Source of the DNA: an uncultured Candidatus Binatia bacterium
GTDB lineage: Bacteria > Desulfobacterota > Binatia > UBA9968 > JAJDTQ01
Direction of reading: 5' to 3'
NCBI GenBank assembly: GCA_965213675.1
Contig: CBDCAF010000019.1
Coordinates: 1 to 64,000 of the forward strand
Length of the DNA: 64,000 nt
Shown here: one piece after another, positions 17,940 through 28,331 of the stretch
Layout of the letters: the number at the start of each line of letters is the position of its first letter
Position numbering within the stretch: position 1 is the stretch's first letter
Notes under the pieces: model-generated
Told to the model about the DNA's origin: nothing
What the model saw: the letters and a program-made list of their open reading frames with translations, nothing else
The model's database searches: none
Position numbers and translations under genes: made by a program

Positions 17940-20900
17940 CTACACTCCCGGCCAGTCAATTTCAACGTCCGTGGGCCACACCAGCCGTCCCGTGACTCCC
18001 GGCCAATTCAGGAAGTCTGATTCGACCTCAAGGTGGGAGTTTGCCAACCCGGACCCGGAGAACGTCCCGGACAGTGAGACACCTTCCGGGTGCGATACGG
18101 CGGCGCTTGAACTGCCCAACCCGGACCCGGACAGCGTTGCGTCTATCCGCACGTCCGGCGGTTGTGTAACGTGCAGATTGGAGTTGCCTAGTCCGCTGCC
18201 GGTCGCGGTGACAACCAATTCCACCGGGTTCATAACGTCAAGCGTGGAGACGCTAAGGCCGGAACCCTGGAAGGTCCCTGCTATGAAAATCGACGGCACA
18301 TTGTCAACGTGTAGGGCGACTTCGATAACACTCAAGATGGCTGTAGCCGTCCCTGGATTTAGGTCAGAGCGGAAGTCGGTAAAGAAGTCGAATACGTCGC
18401 CGGCGGATGTAACCGTGTTCCCGTTGATCGTCGAAGTGAACACGGATGTCCACGGATGGCCGAAGTCAATATCATGGCCCTTCCAACGGATGTGCAGGCT
18501 AAGGTCTGTCCTCATCCGTTGTTCGACCGAACTGGCAGACTTCAGCACCAACCGGAACGTCCCATCGTCGTTCAGTGTAAAAGACGTTACGCCGGGAACA
18601 CCGGGACGTGGTGTGTGGAACCAATCGTCCGGGAATAGTCCGTCGATGTTCTCCCAGGTGATACTCCGCCGGGTTCCAACTGTGTTTGCCCCCATGTCCG
18701 CAACGAACTGTTCGCTGATAGAACTGCCCGCAAGGAACATGCCGGACATTCGCACATCTTCAGGGTGAAAGTAGTCAAGGCTGGACGAACCCAACCCGCT
18801 ACCTTGACCGAGTACCTTCAAGCGAATATCAGCCGGTTGGGCAACGGAGAAATTCGAGACGGACACGCCGGACGCGGCAAGGTCGGCGGCTATGCGAACG
18901 TCTGCCGGTGCGGCGTGACCGAGCGAACTGCTACCGATACCGCTGCCGGTCGCGCTTACCGCCATCCGTACATCGGCAGGCTGCACAACGGTCAGGTTCG
19001 ATGTCCCGATACCGCTGCCCGTCGCGGAGACTTCAAGGTTGACTTCCAGGTTGTCAACGGACAAGGAACTGTTGCCAAGGCCCGCGCCCGTAGCTGCTAC
19101 CTCAAGCTGTACGTCTGCCGGTTGTGCTACCTCGATAGTGGACGATCCAACACCGTCCGCCGTATCGGATGCCTCAAGCCGCACGTCACCGGGTTGTTCG
19201 ACGGTCAGGTTTGATACGGACAGCCCGCTGCCCGTAGCGGAGACTTCAAGGAGAGTTTCGGCAGGTTGGGCAACCTCAAGATTCGAGACACCCAAGCCGC
19301 TACCCGTGGCCGATACTTCTAGCCGGACATCGACGGGCTGTTCCACCGTCAGGTTCGAGACTTCCAACCCGCTGCCCGTAGCCGATACCTCAAGGCGTAT
19401 ATCCCCCGGCTGAACCACGCCGAAGTTGGAAACGCCCAACCCGCTGCCCGTGGCGAGTACTGCCAAAGCAACGTCACCGGGTTGTGTCACTTCGATGGTG
19501 GACGATCCAGCGCCGTCCGCAGAATCCGACGCTTCAATGCGAACGTCCGCAGGTTGCGTCACTCCCAGGTTGGAGACGGAAAGGCCGCTGCCCGTGGCGC
19601 TGGCTTCAATGGGTACGTCAACCGGCTGCACTACCTCAATAGTGGACGATCCAATACCGTCCGCAGAGTCGGACACTTCAAGCCGTTGGTCGCCCGCTTG
19701 ATCCACTCCCAGGTTCGATACGGACAGACCGCTACCCGTGGGGGCAACTTCAAGGCGGATGTCGGTGGGTTGTGCAACCCCAAGGTTCGAGACGGACAGG
19801 CCGCTACCCGTGGCGGCAACCTCAAGCGAGACATCGGCAGGCTGAACCACCGTCAGGTTCGACGATCCGATACCCGTGCCCGTGGCGCTGACTGCAATCA
19901 CCACGTCACCCGGCTGATCCACTTCGATGGTACTCTCGCCGACGCCATCCCCGCTGAACGTCCCTTCAATCCGGGAATCGCTCGGCTGAACCAGATTCAG
20001 ATTCGCCGTACCCAACCCGGACCCGGCAAAGGTCCCTTCGATTCGGATGTCGTGATTGTCAACGAGAATATTGGAACGAGCGGTTCCAACGCCAAGTGCA
20101 AGGGTTTCGAGTCTAACGTCGCCCGGATTCACCACCAGAAACGAACTTGCCGCCAGTCCGGTGCCCAAGAACGTGCCTTCAACGCGGTTCTCCGGGTTGT
20201 GAACGGACAGGAGGACAGCGCCGGTCCCGGACACCACGGCGGCAACCTCAAGGCGGATGTCGGCAGGCTGGACCACCGCCAAGGCGGACACCGAGAGTCC
20301 GCTGCCGGTAAACGTCTCGGATAGCCGGACATCTTCCGGGTGCAGGTGGTCCAGGTCTGATATGCCCAACCCCATACCGGCAAACAGGCCGTCGATTCGG
20401 ATGTCAGCGGGCTGCGCGACGGCAAGGTGGGAGATACTAAGCCCGGAACCCATCAGGAACGCCGCCAGATCGACGCTAGGCGGGTTTAAAACGCTAAGGG
20501 TAGCTTCACCTATCCCCGTACCTTGCGGAAGGGCTACGAGGGAGACAGGGCCAATGTCCAGGCGGGAGAATGCAATGCCGTACCCCTGGAGCAAGCACTC
20601 TAGGAGGATCGCGTGTTGTTCGTGGTCCGGTATCTCTGCCGGAAGGCCGACGAACACGACCCGGCGATAGATTCGCTGCTTGAGGCTGCTATCGGTAGCC
20701 GATTCGAAATAGTCGGCTAGTTTATGTGTGGTGTATTCAGAAATCGACGCAAGAACATCGTCGCCCAGGATGTCCGCGCCGTCCGCCGACAAAGCCGTGC
20801 AGTACAACTCGAAGAAGCGGATAGAAGGGTCAAGGGGTCCGTCAAGGATGTGCGGGCGCTGGTTCCCTGCCGTCCGGTACAGGACAGCCGGTGCTAGTTC

Positions 20901-20984
20901 TTCCCCTTGTGGCAGGCGTCCACGCCACACGGGTAGGCCCGTTTCGGCGCGAATCTGTTGTCGCAGGTAGTGTTCAGTTCGCAC
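17940..20984 (-). CDS. tail terminator-like domain fused to long 24-aa repeat region
   Basis: N-terminal LPQ..PAVLY..FELYC; more than 20 repeats of QPxDVRLEVSATGSGLxxSNLxV. Confidence 0.65.
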   Translation of the reverse strand: MRTEHYLRQQIRAETGLPVWRGRLPQGEELAPAVLYRTAGNQRPHILDGPLDPSIRFFELYCTALSADGADILGDDVLASISEYTTHKLADYFESATDSSLKQRIYRRVVFVGLPAEIPDHEQHAILLECLLQGYGIAFSRLDIGPVSLVALPQGTGIGEATLSVLNPPSVDLAAFLMGSGLSISHLAVAQPADIRIDGLFAGMGLGISDLDHLHPEDVRLSETFTGSGLSVSALAVVQPADIRLEVAAVVSGTGAVLLSVHNPENRVEGTFLGTGLAASSFLVVNPGDVRLETLALGVGTARSNILVDNHDIRIEGTFAGSGLGTANLNLVQPSDSRIEGTFSGDGVGESTIEVDQPGDVVIAVSATGTGIGSSNLTVVQPADVSLEVAATGSGLSVSNLGVAQPTDIRLEVAPTGSGLSVSNLGVDQAGDQRLEVSDSADGIGSSTIEVVQPVDVPIEASATGSGLSVSNLGVTQPADVRIEASDSADGAGSSTIEVTQPGDVALAVLATGSGLGVSNFGVVQPGDIRLEVSATGSGLEVSNLTVEQPVDVRLEVSATGSGLGVSNLEVAQPAETLLEVSATGSGLSVSNLTVEQPGDVRLEASDTADGVGSSTIEVAQPADVQLEVAATGAGLGNSSLSVDNLEVNLEVSATGSGIGTSNLTVVQPADVRMAVSATGSGIGSSSLGHAAPADVRIAADLAASGVSVSNFSVAQPADIRLKVLGQGSGLGSSSLDYFHPEDVRMSGMFLAGSSISEQFVADMGANTVGTRRSITWENIDGLFPDDWFHTPRPGVPGVTSFTLNDDGTFRLVLKSASSVEQRMRTDLSLHIRWKGHDIDFGHPWTSVFTSTINGNTVTSAGDVFDFFTDFRSDLNPGTATAILSVIEVALHVDNVPSIFIAGTFQGSGLSVSTLDVMNPVELVVTATGSGLGNSNLHVTQPPDVRIDATLSGSGLGSSSAAVSHPEGVSLSGTFSGSGLANSHLEVESDFLNWPGVTGRLVWPTDVEIDWPGV

Positions 20985-20989
20985 ATCGG

Positions 20990-22348
20990 TTAGCTAACGT
21001 CCGGGAATGTAGTGGGTCCGCCGGTCAGGTATCGTGATGGTCCACCCTCGCCCACGTAACGGAGTCGCCAGTCAAACGTCCCACCCGCGTCCGGGACACT
21101 GTTGGTCGTGACTGTCAAATCGCATTGCAGTGTGTTCGGATCAATCAGGTTCTCAACTACCGTGTCAACGGCAAGCGTTACCCAACTGGCTTCAGGCACT
21201 TGGTTGGCAACCCGATACTCGAATTCGTAGTCAGACGGAACCTCACTAACCGATTGCACGAAGTTGTGACAGTTCAGTTCCAACACCCAAGTCCGGCCGG
21301 TCGCGGTCTCATTGAAAAGGCTGAAGAACGGCGTGTCATTGCTAAAGGTTTCGGTGCCGGTCAAAACCCAATCCGTTTGCCAGCTTGGCCCAACATACCT
21401 AATTCGCGCACGAATGGTGCCACCTGTAAGGGGAACATCCGCCGTGCCGACAATGAAAGTCTCGCTACCCACATTAACGGCGACGTTTTCGGTTCCTATG
21501 GATTGCCATGCGCCGTTCTCAATTGAGATTTCGACTTCCCAATTGTCGTTGTCGGTAAACGCTGCAAAGTTATCGAAGTTACCCGTTATACGGAATCCAC
21601 GGTCAACTTGCGTCTCGTTTACGCCGGTCAAAACCGGAAGCGCATTTGTCGTGAACGGACTAGGCGAGGACCATGCACCTTCACGCCAAACCGTACCGCT
21701 TTCCTTCACTACGCGACGTACCCGCGTCTGATAAACTGTCGATGGATCAAGGCCGTCGATAGTGACACTTACCGATGTCCCGTCGCTGTTCTCGATGTAG
21801 TTGGACAGGGTTGTTGCTACAAGGTCGGCGGCGTCCCACGTTGTAGCACCGAACACGCGGACTTGGATTTCGAGTTGACCGAGCTCAATGTCTGCATCGG
21901 CTCCAGTCGTTATCCGCGCACTTACTCCACCGGTGTTGGGTATTAGTACCCATATCGTTTGAGCGGGCATGGCAAGAAGCTGGCCGGACACGTTGGCCCA
22001 ATTGCCCCAATGTCCCGCGTCGTTCCGCAATCGGACACGGAATTCCCACACCCCTTCACGTCGCGCTTCCGGGCGGCTTGCCAAAAAGCTGCCGTCAAAG
22101 TGGAAGGAAAGCACGTCACCGTCAAGGCCCATGTTGCTGTAGGCCGTCAACCCTTGCGCACGGTAACGCACCTGTGCCTGGACGATCTGATCCCCTTGGC
22201 CGATGTAGTTGGGATGCTGCCACGTCAGGATGATTTGGTGTACGTGGCCTGTAGCCGTCAGCGCCTCAACAAGGTCCGGCTCCAGTTCCGTGCGTACTAC
22301 TTCCTCAAACCCACTGAAGTAGTACAGAAAGTTTTGGGCGCTAGGCAT
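20990..22348 (-). CDS. fibronectin type III domain virion protein
   Basis: LTWQ..WEFRVR and TIDGLDPSTVYQTRVR..GAWS motifs. Confidence 0.7.
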   Translation of the reverse strand: MPSAQNFLYYFSGFEEVVRTELEPDLVEALTATGHVHQIILTWQHPNYIGQGDQIVQAQVRYRAQGLTAYSNMGLDGDVLSFHFDGSFLASRPEARREGVWEFRVRLRNDAGHWGNWANVSGQLLAMPAQTIWVLIPNTGGVSARITTGADADIELGQLEIQVRVFGATTWDAADLVATTLSNYIENSDGTSVSVTIDGLDPSTVYQTRVRRVVKESGTVWREGAWSSPSPFTTNALPVLTGVNETQVDRGFRITGNFDNFAAFTDNDNWEVEISIENGAWQSIGTENVAVNVGSETFIVGTADVPLTGGTIRARIRYVGPSWQTDWVLTGTETFSNDTPFFSLFNETATGRTWVLELNCHNFVQSVSEVPSDYEFEYRVANQVPEASWVTLAVDTVVENLIDPNTLQCDLTVTTNSVPDAGGTFDWRLRYVGEGGPSRYLTGGPTTFPDVS

Positions 22349-22349
22349 G

Positions 22350-22445
22350 TTACCTAGGCGGAGGCTGAAATTTGTCGGTCATGTAGAGGACGTAGATAAA
22401 GCCGATAACGGCCGCGATTCCAAGAATGGGAGAAATGATGTCCAT
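22350..22445 (-). CDS. 31-aa single-TM peptide
   Basis: MDIISPILGIAAVIGFIYVLYMTDKFQPPPR fills the gap between two late genes. Confidence 0.35.
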   Translation of the reverse strand: MDIISPILGIAAVIGFIYVLYMTDKFQPPPR

Positions 22446-22475
22446 AATGAAGGACACCATAACACACCGGGACGG

Positions 22476-24254
22476 CTACAGGAAAACCGCCCAGAACGAT
22501 GTGATGTTGGTGAGACCCGAACCTACAAGAACCTCCTGCACCAAGAGCGGCAACCCCGCACGTTTGTAAACCGCGCCAACTTCAGAGGGTGTCCATGTGT
22601 GACGGGCACCGTCCGCGTCAATAAACACCACCGTTGGGGTAGCGTCACTTCCAAGGTCGGCAATCTCGATGAAGAATTCAAAGGGTTCGCTAGGGTCAGA
22701 CGACCCGCCGTGGTAGGACCCGTTCGACCAAAGCTGCCAGTTCTCTATCCGCGTACCAAGCTGCCGCACTTGATAGCCGGTGAACTTCTTACCCGGACGG
22801 CTTAGGCGGTACTCGGTAGGGTACTGAAGGCCACGGAAGCGGAGTGTATATCCAGGCAAGCTGCGACCCGGACGCCACAACTGGTAGGTTTCATAGCGAA
22901 CACCACGGCGTTCATTCTGAATCCAGGTGTCGTTATGTTGAGCGTCGGCGGCAGGCAACGACGAACCCGAATCAGCGGTAACGCTAAATGAGTTATCGTC
23001 GGTGCGTGACGTAATGATGAAGTGCTGGCCTAGCGTCAACAGCCCAATGCGGTCGCCCACCTTGGCAAGAGGCAAACCGTCACCACCAACGGTCATTGTT
23101 CCGGTTGGCGCAACGGACGTAGAGAGTCCGGTGTACCGTGCGATTTCATGGTACGGGGAGTTGCTTGCTGCGGCTGTCGTGGTGTCGCCGGCGTCGTTCC
23201 ATGTGATAGCACTAACAGCTTCAACCGGGTCCCTATTGTATAGCCATGCTCCGTCATACCGTTCGTCCGGGCGGTCGCCATACCAAAAGATACCCCCGTC
23301 CGTCTGCACTAGTGCCCGTGTCCGGCTTGTGTAGTACAGGATACGCGGGCTTCCCGACAATGCCGCTGCGCTATCACCGGCATCGTCCCACGTAATCAGG
23401 CCGTGGTCTGCACCGGCTATGTCAAAAAGGTGGACGTTGCTAAGGCGTAGAGCCTCACTAGGCCGTTCGCCATTCGGCCATTCGATTGTACCGTCTACGC
23501 GAAGGACAGTTGTTTCATGTACGGCAGTTCCGATTTGCGTAAAGTAGGCGTCGGCATTGGAGATTGCGGCAACGGTATCGCCGGCGTCGTTCCATGTAAC
23601 AACACCACGATCTTCCATCGCTGTACCACCAAGGAGCTTGGCCCCGGTGATCCGTTCTTCCGGTCTCCCTTCACGCCAGATGATCTTTCCGTCCCTGCCT
23701 ATCCAGACGGCTTCACGAACGTAGGAGTAGACAAAGAAGTCCGTGGCATCAAGAACGGTAGATGGAACGGTGTCAGGTTCCTCACCATCATCGTCCCACG
23801 TTATAGCACCAACCAGCGTTCCGTCCGATTCGTGAAGTTGGGCACCTGTCTCGCGATAGACAGCTTCGGGCCGTTCATCCCATGTGAGATTAGCAACCCC
23901 TGTTCCCGGCGTGATTGTTACTTCTTCTTCGGACTCAACAAGCAGGAAGCTATCAGTGGCGGATGGACGTGCGGCAGCGGCAACGGTAATTTCAGCCGGG
24001 TCGCCCGTACCCCTCGCTATGGCAGTAGTTACGGCTGTTCCGTCCTCATCGACGTAACGAAGCTCATCATCACTTTGCAGGTCTTGTTCCGGCGGACGAT
24101 TGCCACGCCAGTCAATGACACCAGACGTGCCCCATCGGACTTCCTTGTCCACCGCTTCAAACTCAAGCAGGTGGGGGATGTCCGCAACCGTGACCAATCG
24201 GGCTCCCCGTGGTGGCCCGATTGGTCCGTTGAGCCTTCTAAGGTTACGGGGCAT
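22476..24254 (-). CDS. repeat-containing virion protein
   Basis: Repeated G.I.W.GxRP and ITWDDAGD units; directly after the capsid gene. Confidence 0.6.
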   Translation of the reverse strand: MPRNLRRLNGPIGPPRGARLVTVADIPHLLEFEAVDKEVRWGTSGVIDWRGNRPPEQDLQSDDELRYVDEDGTAVTTAIARGTGDPAEITVAAAARPSATDSFLLVESEEEVTITPGTGVANLTWDERPEAVYRETGAQLHESDGTLVGAITWDDDGEEPDTVPSTVLDATDFFVYSYVREAVWIGRDGKIIWREGRPEERITGAKLLGGTAMEDRGVVTWNDAGDTVAAISNADAYFTQIGTAVHETTVLRVDGTIEWPNGERPSEALRLSNVHLFDIAGADHGLITWDDAGDSAAALSGSPRILYYTSRTRALVQTDGGIFWYGDRPDERYDGAWLYNRDPVEAVSAITWNDAGDTTTAAASNSPYHEIARYTGLSTSVAPTGTMTVGGDGLPLAKVGDRIGLLTLGQHFIITSRTDDNSFSVTADSGSSLPAADAQHNDTWIQNERRGVRYETYQLWRPGRSLPGYTLRFRGLQYPTEYRLSRPGKKFTGYQVRQLGTRIENWQLWSNGSYHGGSSDPSEPFEFFIEIADLGSDATPTVVFIDADGARHTWTPSEVGAVYKRAGLPLLVQEVLVGSGLTNITSFWAVFL

Positions 24255-25807
24255 TAGTCTGTCGGTGCTTCGCCATTCGCCTTGAAGTTTACGATCCCTA
24301 CGAAGGCTTCGGGTCTCATAACGGCCAAGGCGCAGCGAACGCTACCTCGGATGCTGAACCGATAGGCTTGGAAATCGTCACTAATGTAACCCATTTCCAC
24401 CCGGACATCATGCCGCATGAAAAGGCAGATGAACATATCCGAGAAGTCACCCACGATTCCGCTGAACTTGTGATTTGCGATACCGTCGGTGGAAACGCCA
24501 TCAACCAGTTCGTTGTTGAGAACAACCCGCAGGCCCCAGGGCATCAAGAACATGGGACCGACTGGTCCGCCGGTGTAGTATCCACCCGCATCCGATTCGG
24601 ACTTGAGCATTTCCTTGTAGAGATTCGGCGTCAGGATGGCCGTGTTTGCCATCTGTTGACCTACCCATCCCGAACCCCAATCAGCCACCATGAACGCCGC
24701 GTCAATCAGGACGTTCCAAGGGTTTTTCAATTCCCTAAGGTCGGTCAGGGCACTGCCGGTAGTCGTCAACTTCAGTTTCTGCACGGCATTGTCAGCATCA
24801 TCGTTCGTAGCATTTCTGCCGTAGTACCCAATAAGCCCCCTCAAGTTTGGAGCTGTGCCAGTACCCGAAAGGATTTGCCTGTCCAATCGAGACTTGACAC
24901 CGTAGGGAACGCGCCGGTTAATGAAGTTTCTCATCTGCGGCTCGTCGTCCCATGCTTCCTCGGTGACGGCGACGTAATGCGAAATCCTGCGAATCAGCGC
25001 CTCGCGTTCCGTCACCGCGTAGGACGACCGATCTGCCAGTGCTTCCTCCGCTTTTTCCTTCGCGCTGTTGGTGTGTTCCGTTTCCTCAAGCCACTTCACG
25101 CTATCCTTGTTGGTCATAACAACAGGGATAAGGTCAGTTACCTGAAGGGGCCGCTCCCGGCTAGGAACTTCACCCGGCAACCGCACGGGGTACGGTTCAT
25201 AGTGTTGCAACTGTTGGGTATGGCCGAACACCCTAGCCATGAATTCCTCGCCCTCAATTTCTTGGGGCGCTTTCCAGTCCCACGAAGTATGTCCACCAGC
25301 ATTGAACTTGTCGCGCAAGCCCTCATCGAAGGACATCCCGTTTTCGGTCAAGTGGCCCTTCACTCCGTCGAACAATCGGATTTGGCGAGCGTTCGGGCGA
25401 TAAACCCCGTTCTGCATCCCGCCACCGTCCATGTGTTCGGGGGAGTAAGGACCATTGAAGTGCTGATCTTCCAGCGCCTTCTGCTTGCGTTCCAATTCCA
25501 GCTTGGGACGCATGGCAGCCCGAATGCCGCACAAGCGACTGTGCATTTCGAGCATTCGTTCGCCCCGCTCCTGCGCCGTTCCGCCCCACCGCGTAATCAG
25601 GTTCGCATCAAAGCGCCCGTCAGCCGTGGCTTCCGTCGCAATCTTGCGAAGCTCGGTGGCAAGTTCCTTGTCAGCCGCTTGGCACTCGCCAAGGCTCTTG
25701 TTGTCGAACTCGTGAAACGCCGCCACAACTGGCTCTTTGACTGTCACCATAAGCGGATTGACGTATCCACTGGAATCCTGAAGGGCTGCGCTAATTGCGT
25801 CAGGCAT
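24254..25807 (-). CDS. HK97-fold major capsid protein
   Basis: VTDLIPV, AKEKAE, LDRQILSGTGT..LRG, PWGLRVV, GDFS and RPEAFV motifs; N-terminal delta-like domain. Confidence 0.9.
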   Translation of the reverse strand: MPDAISAALQDSSGYVNPLMVTVKEPVVAAFHEFDNKSLGECQAADKELATELRKIATEATADGRFDANLITRWGGTAQERGERMLEMHSRLCGIRAAMRPKLELERKQKALEDQHFNGPYSPEHMDGGGMQNGVYRPNARQIRLFDGVKGHLTENGMSFDEGLRDKFNAGGHTSWDWKAPQEIEGEEFMARVFGHTQQLQHYEPYPVRLPGEVPSRERPLQVTDLIPVVMTNKDSVKWLEETEHTNSAKEKAEEALADRSSYAVTEREALIRRISHYVAVTEEAWDDEPQMRNFINRRVPYGVKSRLDRQILSGTGTAPNLRGLIGYYGRNATNDDADNAVQKLKLTTTGSALTDLRELKNPWNVLIDAAFMVADWGSGWVGQQMANTAILTPNLYKEMLKSESDAGGYYTGGPVGPMFLMPWGLRVVLNNELVDGVSTDGIANHKFSGIVGDFSDMFICLFMRHDVRVEMGYISDDFQAYRFSIRGSVRCALAVMRPEAFVGIVNFKANGEAPTD

Positions 25808-25875
25808 GGTTATATCTCCTAGATAAGTTCAACAACGAGTTGTTATTATCCCATTACACTGAACAACGCGCTTCG

Positions 25876-26205
25876 TCAAGCGGGTTTCGTTTCAGACTCA
25901 ACTTTGGCATCGCAACTAGCACAAGACAGTTCGTGAATCTGGTTCACGATGGCCGCTGCCTGCTTCTTTGGACCGGGGACGACGAATATGCGAGTTGCCA
26001 AATTCGCATGGGAACCGGATTCGGTTGTATCGTGATGGACCCTTAAGTGGGTGTCCCATTCGCCAGCCGGAACCAATTTTTCGTCTACGCGCTTCATTCG
26101 TTCAACATCAACAATTTCATCAATAAAGTCGATGTTGACATACCTTGTCGTCAGTTTTTTATGAGAATGTGTTTCCTCTGCTTTGATCTTCAGAAACTTT
26201 ACCAC
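25876..26205 (-). CDS. hypothetical protein
   Basis: 109 aa between protease and capsid; YVNIDFI motif. Confidence 0.55.
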   Translation of the reverse strand: MVKFLKIKAEETHSHKKLTTRYVNIDFIDEIVDVERMKRVDEKLVPAGEWDTHLRVHHDTTESGSHANLATRIFVVPGPKKQAAAIVNQIHELSCASCDAKVESETKPA

Positions 26206-26206
26206 C

Positions 26207-26962
26207 CTAACCCCTCATTCTAGCCGCTATCCGTGCAGCGGTATTCATAATCACTCGACTCGCTGCCGCACGGGCCATGTCGCTAGGTTCCGGTTCGGGG
26301 TCCGATTCCGGTTCCACGTCAAGCACCTTGCTCGCGTAACCGGCCTCTACTGCTTCCTTCGCGGAATACCACGTTTCTTCCTCCATCGCACTCAACACGG
26401 CTGCTTCCGGGGTACTGGTCCGCTTGGCAATCAAGGACTTGTAGTTATCAGTGTGTGCCTGAAGGCCGTTAATCGCTTGCCCGGACACCTTTTTCAGTTC
26501 AGCCACATCACCAGCCATGCCGATATAAGACCACGGATTGTGGATCATCACTAGCGTACCGTCACGCAAGTAACGATCATCCCCGGCCAACAGCGGAAGA
26601 ACCGCCGCCGACGCTACAAGGCCACGGCCTTCAGTCGTAATCTTCGTTCCGTTATCCATGCGAGCACGAAGGTCCGTGTAAAGCGTCAAACCCTCGGACA
26701 TCAAACCACCGGGGGAGTCGATGATAATTTTGTATGCAGACGCAGCGGCTTCGTCCATTGCCCGCGCAACCATCGCTGCCGACACGCCCCACCAATCATC
26801 AAGAGGACCCTGGATTCGCACAACCGCCATCCCGTCCTCGGTACTCAACCCCATGACTCCATCGCGGGATTCCCCGGCAAGGCATTGATATTCACGTCCG
26901 CTTCGTGTTGCCGCTGCCGCATATCGGTCATGCAGCTTTGCAAGCATTTCCTCGAATGTCAT
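26207..26962 (-). CDS. ClpP-like prohead protease
   Basis: IDSPGG, GLVASAA, VMIHNP and ETWYSAKEAVEAGYA motifs; AAGGAG RBS before ATG 26962. Confidence 0.9.
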   Translation of the reverse strand: MTFEEMLAKLHDRYAAAATRSGREYQCLAGESRDGVMGLSTEDGMAVVRIQGPLDDWWGVSAAMVARAMDEAAASAYKIIIDSPGGLMSEGLTLYTDLRARMDNGTKITTEGRGLVASAAVLPLLAGDDRYLRDGTLVMIHNPWSYIGMAGDVAELKKVSGQAINGLQAHTDNYKSLIAKRTSTPEAAVLSAMEEETWYSAKEAVEAGYASKVLDVEPESDPEPEPSDMARAAASRVIMNTAARIAARMRG

Positions 26963-26978
26963 AGCGGTTCTCCTTGGC

Positions 26979-27028
26979 TTGTCATGCCTTGCCACGCCAC
27001 GCCGCGCCTAGCCGTGCCTTGCATCGCC
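26979..27028 (-). ncRNA. orphan GGY-NN pentamer array between portal and protease
   Basis: GGCGA TGCAA GGCAC GGCTA GGCGC GGCGT GGCGT GGCAA GGCAT GACAA, in phase. Confidence 0.6.
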
Positions 27029-27032
27029 GCGC

Positions 27033-28331
27033 TTATGTCGGTTCAGCTTGTCCGCCACCATTTGACGGGGCACCTTTCGGGTCTTGTAGCTTGTCACTTT
27101 CAGGATCATCGTCTTGAATCATGCCCATGACAGCACGGGCTTCGTTCCGCGTCATAATACCAAAGTTTGCGGCTGCACGTCCAGTGGCTTCAATCTGTTC
27201 GGTCAAGGTTCCCAACGATACACTCGAAGTATCAGTATGAATGCGCAACCCCATCTTAAGATCGTCCGGCGACAATAACTTCCACGAAAGCTGGCTGTCA
27301 ATCAAACTTGTACGCAACTGAATCGTGTACCGCTCAAAATCAACGGCCTGTGCCTCGAACGTCCGGGACCGCATACCCTCGTGGTAATGACCGAGACGAA
27401 CGGGCGAGATCATAAATACCCGTGCAATATCCTCAAGACCCCACTTCAACAGTTCAATCAGTTGCAAATCATCGGCGGAGAATGCGTTAAGCTGTTCGAT
27501 CTTGAAACCGGGAGGCAACGTGGGAATCTTCCCGGACGTGGCCGCGCCCCTGTAGTCGCTTCGGACTTTCTCCACGACCTTGCGCCACGCTTCGTAGCTC
27601 GCTTGATAATCCTTATCGACCATTATCACGTTGCGCGAACTAAGGCCCTTGTTCAAAAGCTGTTGGTAGTGTTGGACCGTGGAAATCATCCCCTCGCCGA
27701 TGTTCGACGCCGCGAAGGCGATAGGCGAAGGTGAATATAGGCCATTGAATCCAGGACCGTTGAAAGACAGCGTACTGTGGGACGTAGTGCGTTGTTGCCG
27801 CGTTCCTACCGAACCCTGCCCCTCACTCCCTAGCAAATAAAGGTCGTACTCTTGATAGGGAGCATAACGGCTTTCCTTGAATTCGATTCGGTATGGTCTG
27901 GCCGGGACAAGTTCAATGGGTTCCTTGCCGGCGTAGCCACGTCTGATCCAAGCGTACCCGTTGCCCCGTGAAATCATGTCCCGAAAGATCATCGTCCAAC
28001 ACTGGACGGGATCAAGAATGCGGGACGGGAAATCCAGAATCATCTGAACCGGGTGTGATTCGGGTTGCCATGCCTTACCCACTTTCCGGCTGACACTACG
28101 GGGTAGCGTGGCTATCTGGTACGAGATAAGGGAGACGGCAAGGTAAGCAGCCGGGATGGCGTCGTAACGTCCGTTGTGGCCGGATGTGGCGTCCTGTGTG
28201 ATAAGGCGGGGGAGAAAGCCATCATCGGTCACAATAAGGTCTGGCGGACCTTCCGCTAGGTTGCGGTCGTTTTTGTAGACCGACCCACTGGCCGGGGTTG
28301 TACCCGTTAGCGCGTCACGAAGGGATTGCAT
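27033..28331 (-). CDS. HK97-family portal protein
   Basis: IATLP, RGNGYA, IARVFMISP and MTRNEAR motifs. Confidence 0.9.
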   Translation of the reverse strand: MQSLRDALTGTTPASGSVYKNDRNLAEGPPDLIVTDDGFLPRLITQDATSGHNGRYDAIPAAYLAVSLISYQIATLPRSVSRKVGKAWQPESHPVQMILDFPSRILDPVQCWTMIFRDMISRGNGYAWIRRGYAGKEPIELVPARPYRIEFKESRYAPYQEYDLYLLGSEGQGSVGTRQQRTTSHSTLSFNGPGFNGLYSPSPIAFAASNIGEGMISTVQHYQQLLNKGLSSRNVIMVDKDYQASYEAWRKVVEKVRSDYRGAATSGKIPTLPPGFKIEQLNAFSADDLQLIELLKWGLEDIARVFMISPVRLGHYHEGMRSRTFEAQAVDFERYTIQLRTSLIDSQLSWKLLSPDDLKMGLRIHTDTSSVSLGTLTEQIEATGRAAANFGIMTRNEARAVMGMIQDDDPESDKLQDPKGAPSNGGGQAEPT

